This document shows, one piece after another, positions 1-8,538 of a DNA stretch of 64,000 nucleotides. A model generated the notes under the pieces. That model did not search any database. It saw only the letters and a program-made list of their open reading frames with translations, and was not told the DNA's origin. Made by a program: the position numbers and the translations under genes. This DNA comes from an uncultured Verrucomicrobiae bacterium (lineage in GTDB: Bacteria > Verrucomicrobiota > Verrucomicrobiia > Limisphaerales > Palsa-1400), in NCBI GenBank assembly GCA_963707025.1, contig CAVPOM010000015.1, positions 64,001 through 128,000 of the forward strand. Reading direction: 5' to 3'. The number at the start of each line of letters is the position of its first letter. The stretch's first letter is position 1.

Positions 1-2928
1 CAGCCGCAGGATGGCCCCCTCCCGGACCGATTGGGCAATGCCGCCGCCGTTGCGGCGCAGTTCATTGACGTAAGAGATATAGACCACCGCCGTCTGCACG
101 GAAACGCCAAACAAGGCCAGAAAACCGATGCCGGAGGAGACGGAGAACGGCGTGTGCGTCAGCCAGAGCGCCACGATCCCCCCCACCGGCGCTGTCAATA
201 ATACTCCCAGCACCGTGATGAAGGGGAACTTCAAGTTGCTGTAGAGGGCGAACAGCAGCAGAAAAATCAGGGACAGCGTCAGGGGCAGGATGATGCGGAG
301 CTGGGCGCGCGACGAGGTGTATTCGGTGTATTCGCCGCCCCAATCCAGGTAGTAGCCCTCCGGCAAGGGCACCGCCGCCTTGACCTGTGCCCTGGCGTCG
401 TTGACCGCCCCGGCCAGGTCGCGGCCTTCCACGGAGAATTGCACGCCGATGTAGCGGGAATTGCTTTCGCGATAGATGAAGGCGGCGCTGTTCTCGACCT
501 GGATGTCGGCGAATTCCCGCAGCGGAATCTGCTGGCCGCCGGGCGTGGCAACCAGGATGCGGCCGATTTGTTCGGGTGTGCCGCGGTACGGCTCGGCCAG
601 CCGGACCACCAGATCAAACTGCTTTTCGCCCTGCACCACCTGCGTCGCCGCCGTGCCGCCGACAGCCGCCTGGATCAATCCGTTGATGTCGGCCACATTC
701 AAGCCGTAGCGGGCGATATTGGCGCGGTTAATGTTGACGGCCAGACTCGGCTGCCCCAACTCCTGCACCAGCGTGACTTCCTCGATGCCGCGCACTTGTT
801 CCACGATTTTCTTGATGGCTTTGCCCTTGCTTTCCAGCACGTGCAAGTCCGGCCCGAACACCTTCACCGCCAGCGAGCTTTTCAACCCGGTCTCCGCCTC
901 GTCCACCGCGTCCTCGGCGGGCTGGGTGTAATTGAAAATGATTCCCGGAAAGGCCTCGAGCTTTTGCTTGACGGCCTCGATCAATTGGGCCTTGGTCCGA
1001 TAGGCGCCCTTCCACTCGGAGTAGGGCTTGAGACCCACATAATATTCGCAGTTGAAAAAGCCCGTCGGGTCCGTGCCGTCGTCGGGGCGGCCGTGTTCGT
1101 CGGCAACGATGGTGACTTCGGGAAAGGAACGGAGGATATCGCGAATCTGCGGGGAAAGCTTGGACGATTCCTCGAACGAAATGGTGTAGGGCATGGTGGC
1201 GCGCACCCACAACGCGCCTTCGTCCAATTGGGGCATGAACTCGGCGCCGATGGAGGGGATGAGGAGGAGGGATGCGGCCAGGACAAGAGCGGACAGTAGC
1301 GCGGTAAACCACGGGTAAGCCAGGCATAAGTCCAGGCCGGCGACGTAGGCTTTCTTGACGGCCTCGAAGGCCGGGTTGCGCCGTTCTGTGACACCCTTGC
1401 GCAAGGCCCAGGAACAAACGACGGGCAACAAGATGAGCGTGACGACCAAGGAACCGATCAGGGCGTAAATCATGGTGTCGGCCATGGGGGTAAACAGTTT
1501 GCCGGACGGGCCGGACAAAACATAAATGGGGAGGAAGCCGGCCACGATCACGGCGACGGCGTAAAAAATCGGGCGGTCCACCTCCGCGGCGGCCTCGAGG
1601 ATGACTTCGCGGATGTGGAGTGGTTGGCCGGCGCGAGCCGCCACTTGGCGGAAGATGTTCTCGACCATGACGACCGCGCCATCCACCAGAATGCCGAAGT
1701 CCACGGCGCCGATGGAAAGGAGATTGGCGGAGACATTTTTCAGGTCGAGGCAGATAAAGGCGAACAACATGGCCAGCGGGATGGCGGTGGCGACGATCAG
1801 GCCGGCGCGAACATCATAGAGGAAAAGAATGAGGACGATGACGACCAGCGCCATGCCGCGCAACAAGTTGTCCTCAACGGTTCTGGTGGTCAGGGCGATC
1901 AGTTCGCTCCGGTCGTAGAAGGGGAGAATCTTGACATCCTTGGGCAGGATCTTCTCGTTCAGCTCCCTGGTTTTGGCCTCGACGGCCTTGAGGACACTTT
2001 GGGTTTTTTCGCCGGTGCGCATGAGGATGACGCCCTCCACCGCGTCATCCTGGCCCATGTAACCGAACTGGCCGAGGCGGGGCGCGCTGCCGATGACGAC
2101 CTTGCCGATGTCCTTGACCAGCACGGGGGTGCCGTTATGCACGGCCAAGACCACATTTTCGATGTCCTCCAGCGTGGCCAGCCGCCCCAAGCCGCGCACA
2201 TAATAGAACTGGCCGCCCTGGGAATAGAACCCGCCGCCGGCGTTGCCGTTGTTGGCGGCGAGAGAGGCGGCGATGGCGGTGACGGAAAGGCCCGCCCCGG
2301 CAATCTTCCCCGGGTCCAGCACGACTTGATACTGCATGGTTTCGCCGCCCAAGCCCGAATCATCGGCCACGCCGGGGACGGATTTGAACTGCCGTTCCAC
2401 CACCCAGTCATCTATAATTTTAAGCTCCATGGGCGAACGGTCGCGGCTTTGCATGACATAGCGGTAGATCAAACCGGAAGGCGAATACATGGGGGCGACC
2501 GACGGCGTGACCCCGCCGGGCAGGCTGAGGTCGGCAATGCGCTCGTAAACGCGCTGGCGCGCGAAATAAATATCCGTGCCGTCTTCATAGGTGAGGATGA
2601 CGTTGGACAAACCGTAAAGAGAAATGGAGCGGACCACGCTCATGTGCGGGATGCCGGTCATCTCCAGTTCGATGGGCACGGTGATGAGGCGTTCCACTTC
2701 CTCGGAGGCCTGGCCGGGCCATTGGGTGATGATCTCGACCATGGGCGGGGAAAGGTCGGGATACGCGTCCACGGGCAGCCGGTTGAGGGATCTGGCTCCG
2801 GCGCCGACGAGCAGCGCGGTGAGGAGGACGACCAGGAAACGCTGCCGCAGCGAGGAGGCGACGATGCGGTTAATGACCGAACCTGTGCGCGACGGGCCGC
2901 TTGGAATGGGCAGGTTTTCCCCGTTCAT
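1..2928 (-). CDS. CzcA/CusA-family heavy-metal efflux RND permease (runs off the left edge)
   Basis: Not in the ORF track because it has no stop in the window. Manual translation from ATG 2928 gives ...LPVDAYPDLSPPMVEIITQWPGQASEEVERLITVPIE..., the TM4 motif GAVDFGILVDGAVVMVEN (CzcA-type DFG) and EFMPQLDEG. ATGA overlap with the upstream MFP stop. Confidence 0.93.
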   Translation of the reverse strand, partial: MNGENLPIPSGPSRTGSVINRIVASSLRQRFLVVLLTALLVGAGARSLNRLPVDAYPDLSPPMVEIITQWPGQASEEVERLITVPIELEMTGIPHMSVVRSISLYGLSNVILTYEDGTDIYFARQRVYERIADLSLPGGVTPSVAPMYSPSGLIYRYVMQSRDRSPMELKIIDDWVVERQFKSVPGVADDSGLGGETMQYQVVLDPGKIAGAGLSVTAIAASLAANNGNAGGGFYSQGGQFYYVRGLGRLATLEDIENVVLAVHNGTPVLVKDIGKVVIGSAPRLGQFGYMGQDDAVEGVILMRTGEKTQSVLKAVEAKTRELNEKILPKDVKILPFYDRSELIALTTRTVEDNLLRGMALVVIVLILFLYDVRAGLIVATAIPLAMLFAFICLDLKNVSANLLSIGAVDFGILVDGAVVMVENIFRQVAARAGQPLHIREVILEAAAEVDRPIFYAVAVIVAGFLPIYVLSGPSGKLFTPMADTMIYALIGSLVVTLILLPVVCSWALRKGVTERRNPAFEAVKKAYVAGLDLCLAYPWFTALLSALVLAASLLLIPSIGAEFMPQLDEGALWVRATMPYTISFEESSKLSPQIRDILRSFPEVTIVADEHGRPDDGTDPTGFFNCEYYVGLKPYSEWKGAYRTKAQLIEAVKQKLEAFPGIIFNYTQPAEDAVDEAETGLKSSLAVKVFGPDLHVLESKGKAIKKIVEQVRGIEEVTLVQELGQPSLAVNINRANIARYGLNVADINGLIQAAVGGTAATQVVQGEKQFDLVVRLAEPYRGTPEQIGRILVATPGGQQIPLREFADIQVENSAAFIYRESNSRYIGVQFSVEGRDLAGAVNDARAQVKAAVPLPEGYYLDWGGEYTEYTSSRAQLRIILPLTLSLIFLLLFALYSNLKFPFITVLGVLLTAPVGGIVALWLTHTPFSVSSGIGFLALFGVSVQTAVVYISYVNELRRNGGGIAQSVREGAILRL

Positions 2929-4115
2929 TGGTCTTGTAAGAATTGAACAAACAGGCCGCCTTCAACCACGATTTGATTGCCGTCCTTGAGGCCGGAATTG
3001 ATTTGATACTGGTCGCCCACCCGGGCGCCGAGAACGACGCGGCCGCGCTGGAAGCTGCCGTCGGCCTGGGCGAGATAGACAAACGGCAGATTCTCAGAAT
3101 CGCGCAACACGGCGGAGACGGGAACGAGCACGCCGGAGGTTTGTGTTTGGGAATGGAGGAGGACGCGGACATACATTTGCTTTTTGAGGATGGCGTCGGG
3201 GTTTTTTACGACCACGCGCACGCCGATGGAGCGGGTGTTGGGGTCAACGATGGCGGAGATGTTGTCCACGACGCCGGGATAAGATCGGGTGGTGGCGCTG
3301 GTGATGACCTCGGCGGCGTCGCCCAAGGCGACGGAGGAGAGGTCCGATTCGTAGATATCGGCGAGGACCCAGACTTGGGAAAGGTCAGCGACGGTGAAGC
3401 AAGGGGTGGCGGCGGGCAACAAGAGCTCGCCGGGGGTGATGAGTTTTTCCACGACCGTGCCGGCCAGGGGCGAACGAATCAGACCCGGGACAGGCGAGGT
3501 GGCCCTGCCCTCTTGAATGGCCTTGATGGTCTCAGAGTCCACTTTGAGCGAGACGAGTTGTTGGAGGGCGGCATCGGCATCGGCGGCCGCATTGGTGGCA
3601 TCAATTCTGGCTTGCTCGGCTTCGCGCAGGCTGATGCCGTGATGCTCGATCAACTGCTGGTCTTGTTCGGCCAGTTCGAGAGTGATTTTTGCCGTGGCGA
3701 GCGCCTTCCGGTAAGTGGTGATGGCGGTGGCAAAGTCCGGCGAGTCCACCTCCGCCAACGGCTGCCCCGCCTTGACCTGATCTCCGAGGGAAACCAGCAG
3801 CCGGGAGACCGGTCCGGACATGGGCGCCAGAATGGTGGTGGCCTGGTCGTTGTCGAAGTCAACGGTGCCGGTCGTATCCACGGTCTTGTGGAAGTTGGAA
3901 AGCGCCACGGTGGACAGATGTATGTTCTGGTGTTGAGCTGCCGTCAGGGTGACATTGCTGGCGGTGATCGAGGATGTCTCCGCGTGGCTGTCCGTGCGGG
4001 GTGAACAGCCCGGGCAGAGGAGCGCCGTGAAGCCGGCGGCCAAAAGGGTCGAGACCGCGCGCGCGAGACCTTCGCAAAGTCGAGGCGGCATGGGACCCAA
4101 GAGTGTGTTTTTCAT
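2925..4115 (-). CDS. RND efflux periplasmic adaptor (membrane fusion protein, CzcB-like)
   Basis: C-terminal part of ORF 2925..5612 from MKNTLLG. Lipoyl-like motifs (APMSGPVSRLLVSLGDQVKAGQPLAEV, IRSPLAGTVVEK), TVADLSQVWV, VDPNTRS, VPVSAV. Confidence 0.9.
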   Translation of the reverse strand: MKNTLLGPMPPRLCEGLARAVSTLLAAGFTALLCPGCSPRTDSHAETSSITASNVTLTAAQHQNIHLSTVALSNFHKTVDTTGTVDFDNDQATTILAPMSGPVSRLLVSLGDQVKAGQPLAEVDSPDFATAITTYRKALATAKITLELAEQDQQLIEHHGISLREAEQARIDATNAAADADAALQQLVSLKVDSETIKAIQEGRATSPVPGLIRSPLAGTVVEKLITPGELLLPAATPCFTVADLSQVWVLADIYESDLSSVALGDAAEVITSATTRSYPGVVDNISAIVDPNTRSIGVRVVVKNPDAILKKQMYVRVLLHSQTQTSGVLVPVSAVLRDSENLPFVYLAQADGSFQRGRVVLGARVGDQYQINSGLKDGNQIVVEGGLFVQFLQDQ

Positions 4116-4117
4116 TC

Positions 4118-5612
4118 TCACTTTTCTTTCAGTTCGGCTTGATTCCACCATCCGCCGCCCAGAGCTTGGAACAACGCAGCGGTGTCGGCAAAACGATTGG
4201 CCTGGGCCTGAACAAGGTTGAGTTCGGCTTGCTGGTAGGTTTGCTCCGCGTTCAACAAAGCCAGGTAGCCGCCATAGCCGACCTGCCATTGCTGGCTGGA
4301 GAGATCCAGGGTCACTTTGGCGGCCGCGGCAGCCGCGGCGGACGTTCTGGAGAGCGGCGGCGTCCTGTTCGAGCGCGTTGAGGGTGTCGGCGACATTTTG
4401 GCAGGCCGTCAGGACTGTGCTGCGGTACTGTTGGGCGGCCTGAAGGTAGGCGGCCTTGGCGGCACGTTCCTGGCGGAGCAGAGTGCCTCCCTCAAAAATG
4501 GGTTGGGAGAGGGTGCCACCGATCCCCCAAATGCCGGAGCCGGAGGTGAACAACTGGTCCAGGCTCAGGGCGGTGCTGCCGGCGTTGGCGGTCAGGGTGA
4601 TGTTGGGAAACCGATTGGCGGTGGCAATTCCAATCTGCGCGCTCGCGGCGTGCAGGTTCTGCTCGGCCTGAAGAATATCAGGACGCTGTTCCACCAGCTT
4701 GGAAGGCAGGCTCAACGGGAGTTCGTCCGGCAGTTTCAGCTTGGAAAGATCGAAAACTTCGCCGTTCTGATCACTGGGGAAATCACCGGCCAAAACCGCC
4801 AGAAGGTCGTGTTGCAGGGCCAGTTGTTTGAGCAAGGGCGGGAGCGTGGCGGCGGCCTGGGCGAGTTGCGATTCCTGCGCGGCGATATCCAGTCCGCTGG
4901 CGTGCCCCTTGGCGTACTGGTATTGCACGATTTCCAGCATGTTGGAGTTAATGGCGATGATCTGGCGTGTCGTGGCAATCTGCGCCCGCAACGAGGCGTC
5001 CTGAATCGCCGCCACCACCACGTTGGCGCTCAAGCTGAGATAGGTCGCGATCATCTGAAAGCGCGAGCTTTGTTCCTGCGCCCGGGAGGACTCGACGGTG
5101 CGGCGGTTCAGGCCAAAAACATCGGGCACGTAGGACACGCTGACTTGAGGGGTGAACAGATTGTATTCAAACACATTGGCATTGGGCGTGGGAGCGAGAA
5201 AACCAGACTGCCTCTGGCGGCTGGCAGAGAAGGAAGCGTCCAAATGGGGAAAATAAGCGCCCCGCTGCGCCAGCAGATTTTCGTGCGCCATCAGCAAGGC
5301 CGCCTGCGCCGCCTGGAGGTCGGGATTGTTGGTCAGGGAACGTTTGATCAGCTCGTTGAGCGGCTCCGAGTGAAACAAGGCCCACCACTGTCCCGGAATT
5401 TCCAGTCCTGGAACGAAGCGCTGGGCTTCCCCACCGGCGACGTTGGTTGTAGCGGAGGTGCTGCTGAGCGGAAGGGCAGTATAACTTTTCACTGGCGGAG
5501 CCGCCGGCCGCTTGAAATCCGGCCCCACGGCGCAGCCCGCCACGACCCAGAAAGCCAGGCCGACAGAGGCCACGACCGGCAACTTGGCTGAAATATAAGT
5601 TTGACTGATCAT
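4118..5612 (-). CDS. NodT/TolC-family outer-membrane efflux lipoprotein (frameshift near 4345)
   Basis: Lipobox VAGC-AVGPDF, QWWALF, NNPDL, RPDILQAE. The natural C-terminus (LFQALGGGWW) lies in ORF 4118..4396, a different frame. Confidence 0.88.
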
Positions 5613-5770
5613 AATTGATTATTCTTGGTGTTCCGCAACCCGGCTTCGGAGACGCAAGACGGCATAAGGCACGACCCGTTGTTGGTGACTCGCTGGTCAA
5701 TCCGTCTTGTCGCGGGCCGCCTTGCGCCGTCGCCGGCGGCGGGCCGTCGCTGGTCAAAACCGGGACGAAA

Positions 5771-6088
5771 CTAGGAGATGGGCGGGGCGCGACTGGGAGC
5801 CAGCCGCAGGTCAACCTGGAGAACAGCCGCGGTTTGTCGGGCGGGAGTCAAAGCGATGAAAACCGGAGTGAAAGTGCCGGGGAGGGGAGCCGGCGATGGG
5901 CAATCGAGATGGCCTTGAGCCATCATGCAGAGCAGGCAGCCGTCGCCGGCGGGGTGGCTGTCGTTGTGCAGCCGTTGATGCAGGGCGGCAGAGGGCGCGG
6001 CGGAGGTCAGAAGCAAGAGGGCCGCAGCCAGGAACGCGGCGAATGCCGGCCGGGCGAGGCGTTTGATGCGATGCCGAAACCGCTGCAA
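5771..6088 (-). CDS. DUF2946-like leader protein with CxxC and C-terminal RAPP motif (putative ribosome-stalling uORF)
   Basis: From the probable TTG at 6088: basic N-terminus, hydrophobic signal-like helix, His-rich LHQRLHNDSH, CLLC, Pro-rich linker, ending SRAPPIS*. Lies directly upstream of the metal efflux operon. Confidence 0.72.
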   Translation of the reverse strand: MQRFRHRIKRLARPAFAAFLAAALLLLTSAAPSAALHQRLHNDSHPAGDGCLLCMMAQGHLDCPSPAPLPGTFTPVFIALTPARQTAAVLQVDLRLAPSRAPPIS

Positions 6089-6542
6089 GATTTGTTGAGA
6101 ATAACATCCGGCGGTCGGCGGCGCAAGGGTGAGTTTGGGGCAATGCTCGTCGCCGTTTCCAGTGGGACGCGCTTTCCAGCGGCGGAGGTCTCCCAACTGC
6201 CAAAAGCGGCAGATTGGCCTGGGGAGAACAAAAAGGGGGATTATTGAACAGGAAGGAAGGGAGATCAATGGAGCGGGTGAAGGAAATCGAAGCCCCGTTT
6301 CGATGATATTCTTTGTTATTGATAATGAGGCATGTTGCAAATTTCATGTGAAAGCGCGGTTTCGATTTGGTGTGGCCATCCATTCAAATGCATGGCCAAT
6401 AGTGCTAACAGCGGCTCGAGATTTCCGCTCTTTTTTAGCCTGACGGGACGGCTCAAAACGCACCTTGAAAATCTCTTAAAAACGCCTCGCTGGCCAACCA
6501 AAATCTACGATTCACGTGATTCGAGTTTTTGGACCTGATGGG

Positions 6543-8465
6543 TTACCGGCCCGGAACCGCCGCTGGCGCGGCCTCGTTCAATTCAAGGCGGAGGTAATCG
6601 TAGATCACGCCATTGTTGACAGGGCCGGCGGGGACGGTGAGCGTGAGGGTATTGGCGCCGGCCTGCATGAGTGCGGCATCGAAGGCCACTTCGCGCTCAT
6701 ACCAGATCCCCTGGATCGAGTGCCGGGTGATGGCGCCGTCGCCGATGAGGCGCTCCACCTGCCCGGCCGGCTTGTCATTCACCGAGACGTTGATACTCCG
6801 GGCACCCCCTCCGCAGATGGCCAGGCGCAAGGTCGCCGTGCCGTGTGGCGCGACCGGCAGGTCGAAGGTAATCTTGAACGGAGTGGCGCGGCCGGGGCCG
6901 CGGACTCCAAAGAAAGGCGCCGATTTGGCGTTGGGATCTTCGTTGTGCGGCACCTGCTGGAAGAACCAGTCTTTCCGGAAATCACTCTGGCCGATGACAT
7001 AGTTGACATCGTTGGGAAAGAGCTTGGCATACTGCAACGAAATCTCGGGATCGGCGCAGGCATCCGCCATGAAGAATTCCGAACCGTTGCGATTGGGAAT
7101 GCCGATGTCCCAAAGCTGGCGCCCGCGACGCACCGGTGTCCAGACGATCCGGCCCAGGTTGACGCGTTTGCCAGGTTCGACAACGATGTCCGCCCGGTTA
7201 AATTCCCCGAGCACTCCATCCGCCATCGCACGCAATGTGTAGCGGCCCGGGCGGACGTTGGGGATGACAAAAGCCCCGCGCTCGCCGCCGCGCACCCAAA
7301 ATTCGTAGTCCTTGGCGTCCGTCTGCCAGTCAATCATCCGCGAACCGCTTGGTCCGTTGGTCCTGGCGATTGGCGAGGGGTAAGCAGCGACGGTCAGTCC
7401 GACCAGCAGATTGGGGGTCGAGCCGCCCGTTGCCGCCGGGTCGCGCAAGTCCAGTTGGCCTTCGACCGTAGCGCGCTCGTTGTGCCTCGGGTAATCCACT
7501 CCAGCGACCCAATCATAGGGCCACTTCGCGCTCTCGGTCTGCTGGCGGGCTTGTGCGTCCTTCCAGAGTCCTTCCGTGTCGTGACCGGAGTTGATGTAGA
7601 GGAAGAACGGGCCGACAACTTTCGTCCAGTGTTCGCCTTCGCCTACCTCGACGGCCGCGCCGCCGTAGTGGCTGCTCCGCCAGTAATTGTGCAGGCACGG
7701 GGCGGCGACCGGCGTGGTGTCGCGATGGCAGAGAAACTCCACCTTGGTCGGGCCGCCGCTCAAATACTCCTCGCTGGGGTTGACCAGCCAGAAACCGGTC
7801 TGGTGGCCGGGACTGGACCAGCCATAAACCGGATGGTCGAATTGCACGGCTGTATAAATATACTTGTCACCTTCGTGAAGGCTCGCGGGGAAGGCCATGC
7901 TGCGTTTGGCGTCGAGGGTCATCCAATCGAACATGTCCGCCAACTTGGCGCAATAACGCGCTTCGGTCATCGTCGCCGCCGGGTAGCCGGGCAGGTGGTC
8001 GAAGGTGCAATAGGTATAGACGCCCGCACCGCCGCGCCCAACGGTGTAACGAATCTCGATATCGGCCGGAAAATCGCCGCCCTGGCCGGCGCCCGGCCCA
8101 TGCCCCATCCTCTTGCCGCCGGAGATGCCCTTGACGGAAACCTCTCCGCGTTCCCCGCCGTTGGTGGCCGGGTTGATCGTGATGGCGGTGAGGGTTTGTG
8201 TCCCGCCCGAGGTGTCGTGCGACCAATAACCGCCGGAATGGCCGGAATTAAAATTGAGGGTCTCGACGCCCTGGTATTGGAGCGAGAGCAAATCCCCTGA
8301 TTTTTTGTCCACGCGTGCCGTGACGATGCCGTTGGCCAGCGTGAACGAAGACGCGTTTTCCTGCACGGTCACAGGCGCGTCGGGAGCCGCCGCCGTCGCG
8401 GTGAAAGTGGCCAGCGCGACCAGGCCAACGCCGGCGGCGCGAGTGATGAAATGTATGGGACGCAT
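6543..8465 (-). CDS. Secreted rhamnogalacturonan lyase, polysaccharide lyase family 4
   Basis: Signal peptide from MRPIHF. PL4-like motifs SFTLANGIV, DKYIY, EYLSGGPTK, HYGG, IPNVRPGRYTL, LWDIGIPNR, IYDYLRLE. Confidence 0.85.
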   Translation of the reverse strand: MRPIHFITRAAGVGLVALATFTATAAAPDAPVTVQENASSFTLANGIVTARVDKKSGDLLSLQYQGVETLNFNSGHSGGYWSHDTSGGTQTLTAITINPATNGGERGEVSVKGISGGKRMGHGPGAGQGGDFPADIEIRYTVGRGGAGVYTYCTFDHLPGYPAATMTEARYCAKLADMFDWMTLDAKRSMAFPASLHEGDKYIYTAVQFDHPVYGWSSPGHQTGFWLVNPSEEYLSGGPTKVEFLCHRDTTPVAAPCLHNYWRSSHYGGAAVEVGEGEHWTKVVGPFFLYINSGHDTEGLWKDAQARQQTESAKWPYDWVAGVDYPRHNERATVEGQLDLRDPAATGGSTPNLLVGLTVAAYPSPIARTNGPSGSRMIDWQTDAKDYEFWVRGGERGAFVIPNVRPGRYTLRAMADGVLGEFNRADIVVEPGKRVNLGRIVWTPVRRGRQLWDIGIPNRNGSEFFMADACADPEISLQYAKLFPNDVNYVIGQSDFRKDWFFQQVPHNEDPNAKSAPFFGVRGPGRATPFKITFDLPVAPHGTATLRLAICGGGARSINVSVNDKPAGQVERLIGDGAITRHSIQGIWYEREVAFDAALMQAGANTLTLTVPAGPVNNGVIYDYLRLELNEAAPAAVPGR

Positions 8466-8538
8466 GGGTGTTTCCTCAGTGCAGGTGATAAACTGGTTCA
8501 AATATCGGTTGTCAGCGTATTGAAACCGGCGGCTCCGG

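Noticed and set aside
2925..5612. 895-aa apparent outer-membrane factor/membrane-fusion-protein fusion
   Set aside because: The linker is out-of-frame nonsense and the true OMF C-terminus is in frame 4118..4396. It is a frameshift artefact.
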